Positions 30,187-39,403 are shown, counted from the stretch's first letter. The stretch is DNA of 64,000 nt from Minisyncoccota bacterium (GCA_031972855.1 DALYDY010000003.1:3027-67026), one strand, 5' to 3'. Program-made: numbers and translations. Notes: generated from the letters alone by a model not told the origin.

Positions 30187-32418
30187 TTATTTTGCATACT
30201 GTTCTGCTTCATCAAATTGTACTGATAGGAGCTTTGACGAGCCATCCATTCCAACAGTGACACCGTAGAGGACCTTTGCTCGAGACATAGTCTCACGGTT
30301 GTGTGTTACCACAATAAGCTCTGAATACTTTGATAGTCTTTCTATCATATCTCCATACCGGCGAGAGTTCGCTTCGTCCAGTGCCGCATCAGTCTCATCA
30401 AGTACGAGAAATGGTGGTGGATTAACTTGTGATATAGCAAAGAGTAGTGCAATAGATGTTAGAGATCTTTCACCTCCTGAGAGCATTTGTAAATCTTTTA
30501 CTTTTTTATGAGGAAGACTCACATGTATCTCAATCCCCTGTTCCATAATAGGATCTGCTTTGTCTACATCAGACGACACTTCTTCATCTTCAGAATTTTC
30601 TTTTTTGTCTAAAGTTAAAATAGACAAGAAGGCATTTCCTCCTCCGAACATTGTTGAGAAAAATTCTTGGAATTGAGTGTTTATTTTCTCTACTCCTTGT
30701 TTGAATTCTGTCATGAGAGTTGAGCGTAGTTCAGCTATGAGTGTTGTAGTGTTCAAAAGAGCTCCATCTAAGTCAGACAATTCTTGCATTAGGAATTGAT
30801 CGCGTTCAAGTGCACTTTGATATTCTGTTGTAATTTCATTTCCACCAATAGATCCACTGTCTTCTAATTTTATTTTTAATCTAAATATTTTTTGTTTAAG
30901 AACACTAAGTGCTTCTTCTGTTAAAATTAGTTCTGCTTCATCTTTCAAAAGTACAGCAGAAGGACCAATCAATACAGACAGTTCTCTAATCTCTTGCTCA
31001 AGTCTTTCTTCACGACTTTTTATATCTTCGTGTTTATGAGTACTGAATCTCAATTCACTTTCAATATCACTCTTTTGTCTTACAAGAGAAAGATAGTTTT
31101 TTTCACTTTCAGCAAAGTTTGATTCATGTTCAGACTTTTCTTGTTTTATAGAAACTATAGCACTTTGGATATTTTGTTCACGAGAAATTATTTGATTACG
31201 TTCTTGATTGAGTTTGGCGATAGTGTCTCTGTGTTCTTGTATAAGAGCGCTATTATCAATAACAATATCTTCTTCAATAGTTACAAGGTTTTGTAACTTT
31301 GATTTTATGTGTGAAAGAGCATTTTTAAGTATTGTGTTATCACCAGAAGAAAGTGCTTCATCTATAGTACTTATTGTATCTTTTGCAAAAGACACGACAG
31401 TATTTCGAGAAATTGGCTTATTGTCCCCTACATGTTTTCCTTGATTCTCGAGAACTTGGATCATTCCTTCGAGGCGTCCAATACTGTGTTCTATATCACT
31501 CTTTGCATGACGGAAGCTTGCAAGAGACTTCTCATGTTCTTCGATACGAGGGTCTGGTGCACTAGAGAATCTTTCTTTCATTACTTTCTCCAAAGAAGAA
31601 ATTTGTTTGTCGATATTTTCTAGAGTTTCTTTTTGTTCCTTTTCAAAATTATGTAATTCATCTTTTTTGTTTTTTATAAACAAAAGTTCGCTCTTTTGAT
31701 AACTTCCAAAAAGATTTTCTAAGTCAGCACGAATAATACTTGCTTGTTCTATTTTCTCAACTTGTTTCTTCAAGAATGTAAGATGAGGTGCGAGTTCGCG
31801 ACGCTGAATAGCGACTTCTTTCATATTCAAACGTGTCTTCTCTAACTTCTTTTCTGCTTCACGAATCTTTGTTTGATATACTTTCAATCCAAGAGCATCT
31901 TCGATCATTACCTTTCTCTCCTTTCCATTTGAAGTTAGAATTCTATCAGCCGCACCTTGCGAAATAATATGGTGACCAGATGAGCCAATATGTACAGACG
32001 CGAGTAAATCAAGGACATCTTTCAATCTAACTTCTGTTCCATTTATCAAATAAGTATTTCCTCCATCACGAAAAACTTCACGAGTAATCACAATCTCATC
32101 GAAATCCAAAGAAACTTTTTCTAGATCACTTCCAGAAAAAGAAAATTGTTTTTTACTATTATCAAAAGTAATCGAAACACTTGCACGAGAAAGTGCGGGA
32201 AGAGATTTTGAACCTTTAAATATAAGGTCAGCACCAGACTTTGAGCGAAGAGATTTTATAGATTGTTCACCTAAAACGAAGCGGAATGCTTCTACAACAT
32301 TAGATTTTCCAGAACCATTTGGACCTACCACTCCCACAACAGACGAATTGAAATAAAGCGTTGATTTCTTCGCAAAAGATTTGAACCCTGTCATTTCTAT
32401 CTTTTTGAGTTGGTGCAT
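30187..32418 (-). CDS. smc: SMC-family chromosome segregation ATPase, short form (743 aa; hinge not evident)
   Basis: N-terminal Walker A GPNGSGKSN. Long coiled-coil. C-terminal signature LSGGERSLTSIALLFA and Walker B FLVLDETDAALD. Confidence 0.7.
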   Translation of the reverse strand: MHQLKKIEMTGFKSFAKKSTLYFNSSVVGVVGPNGSGKSNVVEAFRFVLGEQSIKSLRSKSGADLIFKGSKSLPALSRASVSITFDNSKKQFSFSGSDLEKVSLDFDEIVITREVFRDGGNTYLINGTEVRLKDVLDLLASVHIGSSGHHIISQGAADRILTSNGKERKVMIEDALGLKVYQTKIREAEKKLEKTRLNMKEVAIQRRELAPHLTFLKKQVEKIEQASIIRADLENLFGSYQKSELLFIKNKKDELHNFEKEQKETLENIDKQISSLEKVMKERFSSAPDPRIEEHEKSLASFRHAKSDIEHSIGRLEGMIQVLENQGKHVGDNKPISRNTVVSFAKDTISTIDEALSSGDNTILKNALSHIKSKLQNLVTIEEDIVIDNSALIQEHRDTIAKLNQERNQIISREQNIQSAIVSIKQEKSEHESNFAESEKNYLSLVRQKSDIESELRFSTHKHEDIKSREERLEQEIRELSVLIGPSAVLLKDEAELILTEEALSVLKQKIFRLKIKLEDSGSIGGNEITTEYQSALERDQFLMQELSDLDGALLNTTTLIAELRSTLMTEFKQGVEKINTQFQEFFSTMFGGGNAFLSILTLDKKENSEDEEVSSDVDKADPIMEQGIEIHVSLPHKKVKDLQMLSGGERSLTSIALLFAISQVNPPPFLVLDETDAALDEANSRRYGDMIERLSKYSELIVVTHNRETMSRAKVLYGVTVGMDGSSKLLSVQFDEAEQYAK

Positions 32419-32471
32419 AAGATAATAATATCTTATCTATTTTAACTTTTTTTTAAAAATTTTCCAATTAA

Positions 32472-32499
32472 AAAAGCCATTTCTTCCGATCTGGCTTTT
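32472..32499 (-). terminator. Terminator module T2 (aaaagcca-N12-tggctttt) 3' of the ITPase-like gene. Paralogous to 33219-33246 and followed by a remnant of the neighbouring gene's 3' end.
   Basis: About 45-bp similarity to 33215-33262, including tatactttttaat versus ctactttttaat. Confidence 0.55.
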
Positions 32500-32569
32500 G
32501 TTATACTTTTTAATCTGTTAAAGATATTTTTTAGAATTTATAGAAACTAATAACTTAGTAAAATAATTT

Positions 32570-33169
32570 TTATATTTTTTCTAAAAATTCTGCAACTTGT
32601 TGAAAGGCTTTCCCTCTATGTGAAATTGCATTTTCTTCTTCCACAGACATCTCCGCCCAAACTTTATCTGTTCCTTCTGGAATAAAAAGAGGGCTGTAAG
32701 GCATTTTTGGTTGAGGTTTTGTTTTTGGTGATTCAAGAAGTCTACCATTAACCTTCCCACTAAATACATATTTTTGACCATCAGGAGATAGTAGTACCGC
32801 AACAGTTTCAAATACAGCACTACGATCAACAACACCTTCAAGACGTTTTAGACAGTAATTAGTTATATCTTCAGTTGTTGCTGTTTCACCAGCCCATCTT
32901 GCAGATTTAATACCAGGCTCGCCATTTAGAGCTGTAATAAAAATACCAGTATCATCTGCTAGTGTCCAAAATTGATAATTAGAATTCTCAAGAGCGTAAA
33001 AAGCTTTTTTAAATGCATTCTCTTCTAATGTTGTTCCGTCTTCTACAGCCTCCCCATTAATTCCAGCTTCTTTAAGTGTCTGTACTGTTATTGCTGGGTT
33101 GTTTAATATGGCTTTAATTTGTTCAGCCTTACTTGGATTTGTTGTTGAAATAATAATATTCATTTTCAT
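32570..33169 (-). CDS. Non-canonical purine NTP pyrophosphatase (Ham1/RdgB/ITPase family), divergent
   Basis: TTNPSK (P-loop-like TGNxgK), ADDTGIFITALNGEPGIKSARWAG, AISHRG. The canonical GYDP block is replaced by PYSPLFIP. Confidence 0.6.
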   Translation of the reverse strand: MKMNIIISTTNPSKAEQIKAILNNPAITVQTLKEAGINGEAVEDGTTLEENAFKKAFYALENSNYQFWTLADDTGIFITALNGEPGIKSARWAGETATTEDITNYCLKRLEGVVDRSAVFETVAVLLSPDGQKYVFSGKVNGRLLESPKTKPQPKMPYSPLFIPEGTDKVWAEMSVEEENAISHRGKAFQQVAEFLEKI

Positions 33170-33185
33170 AATTTTAATTTTCCTT

Positions 33186-33214
33186 AGAATACATTTATTA
33201 TTAATAAATGTCAA
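33186..33214 (-). promoter_or_regulatory. Promoter module for the ITPase-like gene, paralogous to 33881-33909
   Basis: Minus strand reads TTGACA-N17-TATTCT, then an AGGAAA Shine-Dalgarno sequence 10 nt before the ATG. Confidence 0.5.
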
Positions 33215-33218
33215 AATA

Positions 33219-33246
33219 AAAAGCCATTCCTTCTGGTTTGGCTTTT
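33219..33246 (-). terminator. Terminator module T1, 5 nt after the 33250 gene's stop and abutting the next promoter
   Basis: aaaagcca ttccttctggtt tggctttt. Confidence 0.55.
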
Positions 33247-33249
33247 GTT

Positions 33250-33855
33250 CTACTTTTTAATTATTTCATTTCTACCCCAATCGATAGCTTGATCAAAAGT
33301 CATAGACTTAATAAAGTTTGAACCCTGAGCAATTGCAAGAGCATACGGATTATTGAAATATCTAGAAAGATCCATAATATCAAAGATTATTAATGCTTCG
33401 CTTTGAAATAAATAGGTTTGATTATCAACAACAATAGAGCAAGCTTCATCAATTTTTGGATGAAAACCAGAAACAGCAACTAAACGACTAGAAGAATCTC
33501 TTTTTATTCGAATTCCCCCTCCGTAAATCTTTTTTGCTTCATTTATTTCTTTCTCTTTTTCGTCTACAGGAAAAGTGCTTATCCGATAAAGATTTTCCAA
33601 AAGGAAATTGGTTTTATTATTGGCAGCAACAGCGTAACGAATTTTTCCTCCTTCATTATCATTTACGTAGTGTGCGCCAATACGTATAAATCCTTCTTGA
33701 ATACTAAGTGCGTTCTGTCCAGTCCGCATAGAATCCAAAAAATCTTGTCTTGTTTCTTCTTGAGTTCTATTAACCTCAAGTGCCGCTTGGTGCATATGAC
33801 CAAGCAATTTACTAAAACGCTTCGCTTCAGTAAAAATGTTTTCAAATACGTTCAT
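33250..33855 (-). CDS. Hypothetical protein (201 aa)
   Basis: ORF. Shares promoter and terminator modules with the adjacent ITPase-like gene. No confident family assignment. Confidence 0.4.
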   Translation of the reverse strand: MNVFENIFTEAKRFSKLLGHMHQAALEVNRTQEETRQDFLDSMRTGQNALSIQEGFIRIGAHYVNDNEGGKIRYAVAANNKTNFLLENLYRISTFPVDEKEKEINEAKKIYGGGIRIKRDSSSRLVAVSGFHPKIDEACSIVVDNQTYLFQSEALIIFDIMDLSRYFNNPYALAIAQGSNFIKSMTFDQAIDWGRNEIIKK

Positions 33856-33880
33856 TATTTCTTAAATTTTAATTTTACTT

Positions 33881-33909
33881 AGGATACATTTATTCTAAAT
33901 TTATGTCAA
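33881..33909 (-). promoter_or_regulatory. Promoter module (TTGACA-N17-TATCCT) for the 33250-33855 gene
   Basis: About 50-nt similarity to the ITPase-like gene's promoter and leader (ttttaattttacttaggatacatttatt versus ttttaattttccttagaatacatttatt). Confidence 0.5.
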
Positions 33910-33917
33910 ACAATATT

Positions 33918-34490
33918 TTATTTAAAAATATCAGGTTTTAAATCAAGAGTTTTTTCTATCCACAGAATAAGGTTTTTGTTTTTTGAAACTTCTGGGTGAA
34001 ATTGAAATCCAAGAATAGGTCTTTCTTTATGTTTTATTATTTCAATACCATGTTCTGAATAGGCACAAGAAATAAAGTCATCTGGTAATACTTCAGTGCC
34101 AATTGAATGGCCTTCAAAAACTTCTAAAACACTTGAATTAATACAATTTATTAATTCTTTATTATTAATAATTAGATTAATATTTCCTCTATGCTTTTGT
34201 GATAGTTCAAACAATTTTCCACCAAATGCTTCAACTATTATTTCCATACCAAGACATACACCAATTACTGGTATAGTATTATTTTTTATAAAATCTATTT
34301 CTATCTTATATTGCTCAGGATGATAAAAAACTCCAGGTATATGTGATCCACCAGAAAAAACAATCAAATTATATTCATTTAAATCTATAGAATTATTAAA
34401 TTCTTCTTTTTGTATAACGACAGGAAAAGAAAATAATTCACACAACTCTTCCAAATGTTTCGTATGATTATTAACTATAAGAGTTTTCAT
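33918..34490 (-). CDS. Standalone class I glutamine amidotransferase (GATase1) domain protein
   Basis: Catalytic Cys in GVCLGMEII. His/Glu in FQFHPEV. Size is 190 aa. Confidence 0.65.
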   Translation of the reverse strand: MKTLIVNNHTKHLEELCELFSFPVVIQKEEFNNSIDLNEYNLIVFSGGSHIPGVFYHPEQYKIEIDFIKNNTIPVIGVCLGMEIIVEAFGGKLFELSQKHRGNINLIINNKELINCINSSVLEVFEGHSIGTEVLPDDFISCAYSEHGIEIIKHKERPILGFQFHPEVSKNKNLILWIEKTLDLKPDIFK

Positions 34491-34492
34491 TT

Positions 34493-35479
34493 TTATTCTT
34501 TAAATTTAAAATCAGAATCTGGATAATCTTCAGTAGTAGGTAAATTTAATAGTTTTTTTACTTCATCATTTTTTTTCTTACTACCTAAACCAACAAAAGC
34601 AGTTTTAAGATTTTTATGATTTACAAGACACTCAAAATCAGAAGGTTTAAAATTATTTCCACTAACCACTAATAATTCTTCTAGAGAACTTACTTCTGCA
34701 ATAGATTGCACCCCCGAAAGACTTTTCAGACTTTCAATATAGATTTTTCTTAACGAATAACAATTACTTAAGTCGGGTAATTTTTTAACGTTTTTTAAAT
34801 CTTGAAGAAACAAGAATTGAAGATTTTTTAGTTTAGAAATAAAAGATATATCTTCAAGTCCTCGAATCATCCATAATTCAAGATACTTCAAATTTGTAAG
34901 TTCAGAAATATCAGAAAGTTTTTTAGTTCCTCCAAGCTTAATTGCAAGCCACCATAATTTTTTTAATGGTAAAAGTATTGAAAGGTCATTTAAAGTAATT
35001 TCTCTTAAAGTAAGACGCTCAATGTTGATGAGTTTTGAAACAACATCAATATCTTTTGTGTGACCTTGAAGATAAAGTTGTTTTAAATTTGTAAATCTTT
35101 CTAAAAAATTTAATGAGAATTTTCTTTTTGTTAATCCAAAACCAAAAAATTCCATATCGCTAGATAGATATTCAAAACCATTAAGACTTTCTAGATTGTA
35201 TACATCAATTTGAACATTTTTACTAAAACTATAATACTTTAGAAAGGTAAGGTCTTTTAATGTGTGAACATACACTCTAAAAGACATATTTGGATATTGT
35301 TTCAAAAATTCAGATAATTTTTGGTGATCAGAATCTGTAAGCTCTGCACCTAATCCCCCAAATTGAACAACTCTACACTTCTCATCAAGAGGAGTTAGTT
35401 GGCTTTTATTAACAGGAGTTTTTATATCTCGTATTGAAGGAAAATGATTTACAGGAGTTTTCTTAAATAAATTAAACAT
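34493..35479 (-). CDS. Cytoplasmic leucine-rich-repeat (LRR) protein
   Basis: Repeated LxxLxLxx(N/C)xL units (LTNLKYLELWMIRGLEDISFISKLKNLQFLFLQDLKNVKKLPDLSNCYSLRKIYI). No signal peptide. Confidence 0.55.
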   Translation of the reverse strand: MFNLFKKTPVNHFPSIRDIKTPVNKSQLTPLDEKCRVVQFGGLGAELTDSDHQKLSEFLKQYPNMSFRVYVHTLKDLTFLKYYSFSKNVQIDVYNLESLNGFEYLSSDMEFFGFGLTKRKFSLNFLERFTNLKQLYLQGHTKDIDVVSKLINIERLTLREITLNDLSILLPLKKLWWLAIKLGGTKKLSDISELTNLKYLELWMIRGLEDISFISKLKNLQFLFLQDLKNVKKLPDLSNCYSLRKIYIESLKSLSGVQSIAEVSSLEELLVVSGNNFKPSDFECLVNHKNLKTAFVGLGSKKKNDEVKKLLNLPTTEDYPDSDFKFKE

Positions 35480-35485
35480 ATGTTT

Positions 35486-35950
35486 TTATTCTTTAACTTT
35501 TAATCCAAAAGCTTTTAAAGAGAATCCTCCTGTTGTTTTGTTAATTGTGGTATCAAAAATAATCCAATCTTCAATTTCTTCTTTTTTTACAGAAACAGGA
35601 TCTTCGTATTTTATATTCTTAACCTCAATAGGTTCGTTTGCTAGAATTCCTGAAAATACACCATCTTTATAAGAAGAAACTCTAATCCACATATGCTCAA
35701 CTATATCTCCATCTTTTGCTCCATATTTGATAGAAAAATATTTCTTATCATCTTTATTATTTTCTAAAGACTCAATAAAAAAATCTATTTGTGACTGAGC
35801 TTCTTTTTGTGCTAACAAAATTTCTGGATCATTAAAACTTTTTCCTACAACATTACCTCTTTCTCCATCTGGAATTTTAGAATTTTTATTAAAAAAATAA
35901 ACTCCTACAATAACAATGATTATTAAAATTAATTTCAGAAATATATTCAT
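35486..35950 (-). CDS. Membrane-anchored DUF2314 (YegJ-like) domain protein
   Basis: N-terminal TM. EHMWIRVSSYKDGVFSGILANEP resembles the DUF2314 signature. Confidence 0.45.
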   Translation of the reverse strand: MNIFLKLILIIIVIVGVYFFNKNSKIPDGERGNVVGKSFNDPEILLAQKEAQSQIDFFIESLENNKDDKKYFSIKYGAKDGDIVEHMWIRVSSYKDGVFSGILANEPIEVKNIKYEDPVSVKKEEIEDWIIFDTTINKTTGGFSLKAFGLKVKE

Positions 35951-35970
35951 ATTTTTTTATTTTATTTATA

Positions 35971-36612
35971 CTACTTTTTTAAAAGTCTATCTAACCAACT
36001 TTTCCTTTCTTTTACTGTTCCAAATTTATTCTTTTTGGAATTCCATAAACCATTTGTTTTTGCTATAGCATTTTGTTCTGCTAATACAGAATATATTTTT
36101 GCTTGACCAAAATCACCCTTGAAATTTGAAATTGCAGCGAGGGCAGAATATGTTATATAGTTTTGAATTGGAAATTTAAAAGTTTTATTATTAATCTCTT
36201 TAAGTAATAAGTTTTCCACTTCATCATACATTTCAGTTTTCTTTGCTTCTATGACAGTTTCAGAAAAATCCAAATATGACGTAGTTATAACATTTGGAAA
36301 TTCTTTTTCATAAGCAAGTGATTTTTTGAAATATTCCAAAGCCTTATCATTATTTCCTCTTTCTCTATAAATTTGTCCCAACGAATTGAAAGTCTGACTT
36401 TTCTCAGTTCTGTTATCAGGATATTCTGTCAAAATTTTATTAAGTAAAGTTTCAGCAACATATAAAAGTTGTTTATCTTTGGTTTCTATTAATTTGACTG
36501 CTTGTACTCTTAAATACTGTGGACGAATATCTTTTTGTGTACGTTCAAATTTTACCCAGAATTCTTCTTCATCATTCTGTGTCCAAGTTTTTATTCTGTA
36601 CCAGTCTGTCAT
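35971..36612 (-). CDS. Tetratricopeptide-repeat protein
   Basis: TPR-like helical repeats (ALEYFKKSLAYEK, AKIYSVLAEQNAIA). Size is 213 aa. Confidence 0.5.
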   Translation of the reverse strand: MTDWYRIKTWTQNDEEEFWVKFERTQKDIRPQYLRVQAVKLIETKDKQLLYVAETLLNKILTEYPDNRTEKSQTFNSLGQIYRERGNNDKALEYFKKSLAYEKEFPNVITTSYLDFSETVIEAKKTEMYDEVENLLLKEINNKTFKFPIQNYITYSALAAISNFKGDFGQAKIYSVLAEQNAIAKTNGLWNSKKNKFGTVKERKSWLDRLLKK

Positions 36613-36624
36613 AAATAATTAAAT

Positions 36625-37320
36625 TTAATCTAACCACTTATGTATCACAAGGGCTTCACGGGCGGCTGATTGTTCAGCTTCTTGTTTTGACTTACCTTTT
36701 CCTACTGATACTTGATTTTCACCAAAGAAAATACCAACAGTGAATTGTTTGTCGTGATCAGGACCACTTTCAGAAACAACTTTGTAAGCAGGAGTAACAC
36801 TGAGATATGATTGAGCACGTTCTTGTACAAGACTCTTTGCGTCGCGCCAAAGTTTCTTTTCGATAATTTCTGCGAGACGTGGTATGAGAGTGAGTTCTAC
36901 GAATTTCTTACAAGAATCATAACCTTGGTCAATATATAACGCTCCAAGATATGCTTCGTAAGTATTCGCAAGTATGTATGTGCGAGCTTTTCCTGTATCT
37001 TTTGCTTCACCTTTCGAAAGGAGGAGGAAATCGTTCATATTCCACTCACTCGCTACTTCTGAAATAATTGTTGCATTAACGATAGCTGAACGGTAGGCTG
37101 TGAGTTCCCCTTCGTCTTCATTTGGAAAACTATTATATAAATGTGAAGTTGTAATCAACTCCAAAACAGCATCTCCCAAGAATTCGAGACGTTCATTGTG
37201 ACCAAGATTATTACCTGATTGTTCATTGATATATGAACGGTGAGTAAATGCTTGTTCTAGTATTTTTTTATTTGAAAAAACAAATCCTGTTTTTTCTTCG
37301 AATTTTGAAAAATCTACCAT
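36625..37320 (-). CDS. rnc: Ribonuclease III
   Basis: RNase III signature ERLEFLGDAVLE. C-terminal dsRBD. Confidence 0.9.
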   Translation of the reverse strand: MVDFSKFEEKTGFVFSNKKILEQAFTHRSYINEQSGNNLGHNERLEFLGDAVLELITTSHLYNSFPNEDEGELTAYRSAIVNATIISEVASEWNMNDFLLLSKGEAKDTGKARTYILANTYEAYLGALYIDQGYDSCKKFVELTLIPRLAEIIEKKLWRDAKSLVQERAQSYLSVTPAYKVVSESGPDHDKQFTVGIFFGENQVSVGKGKSKQEAEQSAAREALVIHKWLD

Positions 37321-37336
37321 AAATAATTAAAAAATA

Positions 37337-38236
37337 TTATTGTTGTGATGTAATAATTTCAGTTGCCTTTTCTATAAGACCAACAACATCATCATACATA
37401 CGAAGTTCTACAACTTCAGAAGGAGAAAACCATCTCGCGTCATCAAGACCTCCACCAGTACGGAGAGTAAGAGCTTCATAAGGAGCTTCTACTAGGAAAT
37501 ATGTTACTTGCTTGCGGAGCTTTCCTTTTTCTGGATGAGATGCAACATATTCATTCTCACCGAGAGCTTCAACTACTTTTGTTTCTATACCTACTTCTTC
37601 TTTTACAACACGTACAACAGCAGTCTCTACAGCTTCAACTTCTTCTACTCCTCCTTTTGAAAGAGTCCAGTATCCAAAAACATCGTGTACGAGAGCGAAA
37701 GAGAATCCTCCATCATAACGTCCAAAAATTACAGCACCTGCCTTTTTTTCTATAGGAAGTTTTGTAATATCAATAGGTTCAGTTGAAACTTGTTTTTTGC
37801 CAAATTGCTCTTTTCCTGGTTCACCAATTTCTTTGTATACAGCACCAAGTACTCCATTGATAAACCTACTAGAGTTATCACCTCCGAAGGCTTTTGCGAG
37901 TTCTATAGCTTCATTGATAGCTACTTTAGGTGGAACTTCTGCTCTATTACCAAAGAGGAGCTCATAAAGACCAATGCGAAGAATGTTTCTGTCAGGAACA
38001 GCAATCTTAGCCACAGGCCATTCAGGAGCTGCTTTTGTAATAATATCGTCAATAACTGTACGCTTACGCAAAACACCATCAAGAAGCATTTCTAAGAATG
38101 CATCATCGTTTAAACCAGGACCAAACTCAACAGTATTTCTCTTGAGCATTTCTTTAGGGTCTCCAGCTTGGCCATTAAAATCCCATTCGAAAAGTGTTTG
38201 GAGAACAATTGAACGAGAGAGATGTCTATTTGCCAT
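37337..38236 (-). CDS. nusB: NusB transcription antitermination factor fused to a C-terminal Nudix hydrolase domain
   Basis: NusB fold at residues ~1-140 (RSIVLQTLFEWDF..., NEAIELAKAFGGDNSSRFINGVLG). Nudix box GGVEEVEAVETAVVRVVKEEVGIE in the C-terminal half. Confidence 0.75.
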   Translation of the reverse strand: MANRHLSRSIVLQTLFEWDFNGQAGDPKEMLKRNTVEFGPGLNDDAFLEMLLDGVLRKRTVIDDIITKAAPEWPVAKIAVPDRNILRIGLYELLFGNRAEVPPKVAINEAIELAKAFGGDNSSRFINGVLGAVYKEIGEPGKEQFGKKQVSTEPIDITKLPIEKKAGAVIFGRYDGGFSFALVHDVFGYWTLSKGGVEEVEAVETAVVRVVKEEVGIETKVVEALGENEYVASHPEKGKLRKQVTYFLVEAPYEALTLRTGGGLDDARWFSPSEVVELRMYDDVVGLIEKATEIITSQQ

Positions 38237-38286
38237 ATGTTTATGTATTTTTGATTAATGAACTAAAAGAGCTGATAAATAAAATA

Positions 38287-38487
38287 TTATTTCTTTTGTT
38301 TCTTTTCGACTTTCTTTACGATGTCGATAACTTTTTTACCACGGTATGTCCCTGTTGTAAGAGAAACACGGTGACGAAGACGAGGAGTTTTTGACCCTTC
38401 TTCAAGAGTAATAGGCGCACCTGTAAGTGCGTGGTGACTACGGCGGTTAGCTGTATGTGCACGTGTATGTCTCATTCTTACTGTCAT
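38287..38487 (-). CDS. rpmF: 50S ribosomal protein L32 (non-zinc form)
   Basis: MTVRMRHTRAHTANRRSHHALT aligns with the bL32 N-terminus. Size is 66 aa. Confidence 0.7.
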   Translation of the reverse strand: MTVRMRHTRAHTANRRSHHALTGAPITLEEGSKTPRLRHRVSLTTGTYRGKKVIDIVKKVEKKQKK

Positions 38488-38529
38488 AATTCCACTACTA
38501 TACCTTTTTTGAGGAAAAAATGCAAATTA

Positions 38530-38557
38530 AAAAGGTAGTTTTTTAAAACTACCTTTT
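38530..38557. terminator. Terminator hairpin overlapping the stop of the 38549 ORF
   Basis: aaaggtagtttt ttaa aactaccttt. Confidence 0.5.
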
Positions 38558-39391
38558 AGGAAGAACTTTTAGATATTTTTTCATCTTATTAATTGATTTA
38601 TTATCGGATTCAGACCTATCACGGCCATTATCTGCAAGAGCACTAACTGTTTGAATATCTTGCATAAATGGAATCCATTTTTGAATTAATAAGAAAGATT
38701 CATTTTTAAAATTTTCCTTTGTTAAATCGTCTTTTTTATCAAAAAAACCAATAAATGGCATAAATGACGAATCTGTCACTTGATGCTCTTGTACTAACTT
38801 ACCAAGATACTCAAAATTTCCACTACTGTTTATAACCATTGACGAATCAAACATAAATATAGCTGAAAGATTAATTATAATATCTTCCTTCCTTTTGGTA
38901 TTTTCCCAAGAAGAAGATAATAGAAGAAAATCACCACGATAATCTGTAGAGGTTTTAATAAAATACTCACCAGAAATCATATCATCTCCTAGCAATAAGA
39001 ATTTTGCAGGATATTCCGGATAACGATTAGTAAAGCCATCAAAAGCAATATGTGTATTTGGTTTATGTTTTATACATGAATTAACCAACTCTATACAAAG
39101 ATCGTTTTCTAAAAATGATAACGATACAATAAAAGAGGATGCTTTTCCTTTTTCTACGAAGACTTCTCTCAATCGAGGATTTTGTAAAACAAGAGACGGT
39201 GTTCCTAAAAAAGGAACTTTTGATTTCGTTGTTCTATTATCATCTCTTGATAAATCAATGTTATCACAAATTATCACTCTTTTTGATGATGATTTTATGC
39301 TTATTTTTTTTGTTTTCATTTTTTTAATTTTCTTTACTATATAACATATAGTAAATTTTGTAAATATATAAAAAATAAATACTTTCAACAA
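38549..39391 (-). CDS. Hypothetical protein (280 aa; possible N-terminal membrane anchor)
   Basis: ORF only. No motif recognised. Confidence 0.35.
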   Translation of the reverse strand: MLKVFIFYIFTKFTICYIVKKIKKMKTKKISIKSSSKRVIICDNIDLSRDDNRTTKSKVPFLGTPSLVLQNPRLREVFVEKGKASSFIVSLSFLENDLCIELVNSCIKHKPNTHIAFDGFTNRYPEYPAKFLLLGDDMISGEYFIKTSTDYRGDFLLLSSSWENTKRKEDIIINLSAIFMFDSSMVINSSGNFEYLGKLVQEHQVTDSSFMPFIGFFDKKDDLTKENFKNESFLLIQKWIPFMQDIQTVSALADNGRDRSESDNKSINKMKKYLKVLPKR

Positions 39392-39403
39392 AAAACCTCG
39401 CTC

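Noticed and set aside
33250-33855. Assigning the 201-aa hypothetical to the GAF, Maf or nucleotidyltransferase families
   Set aside because: No convincing motif could be read by eye. It is left as hypothetical.
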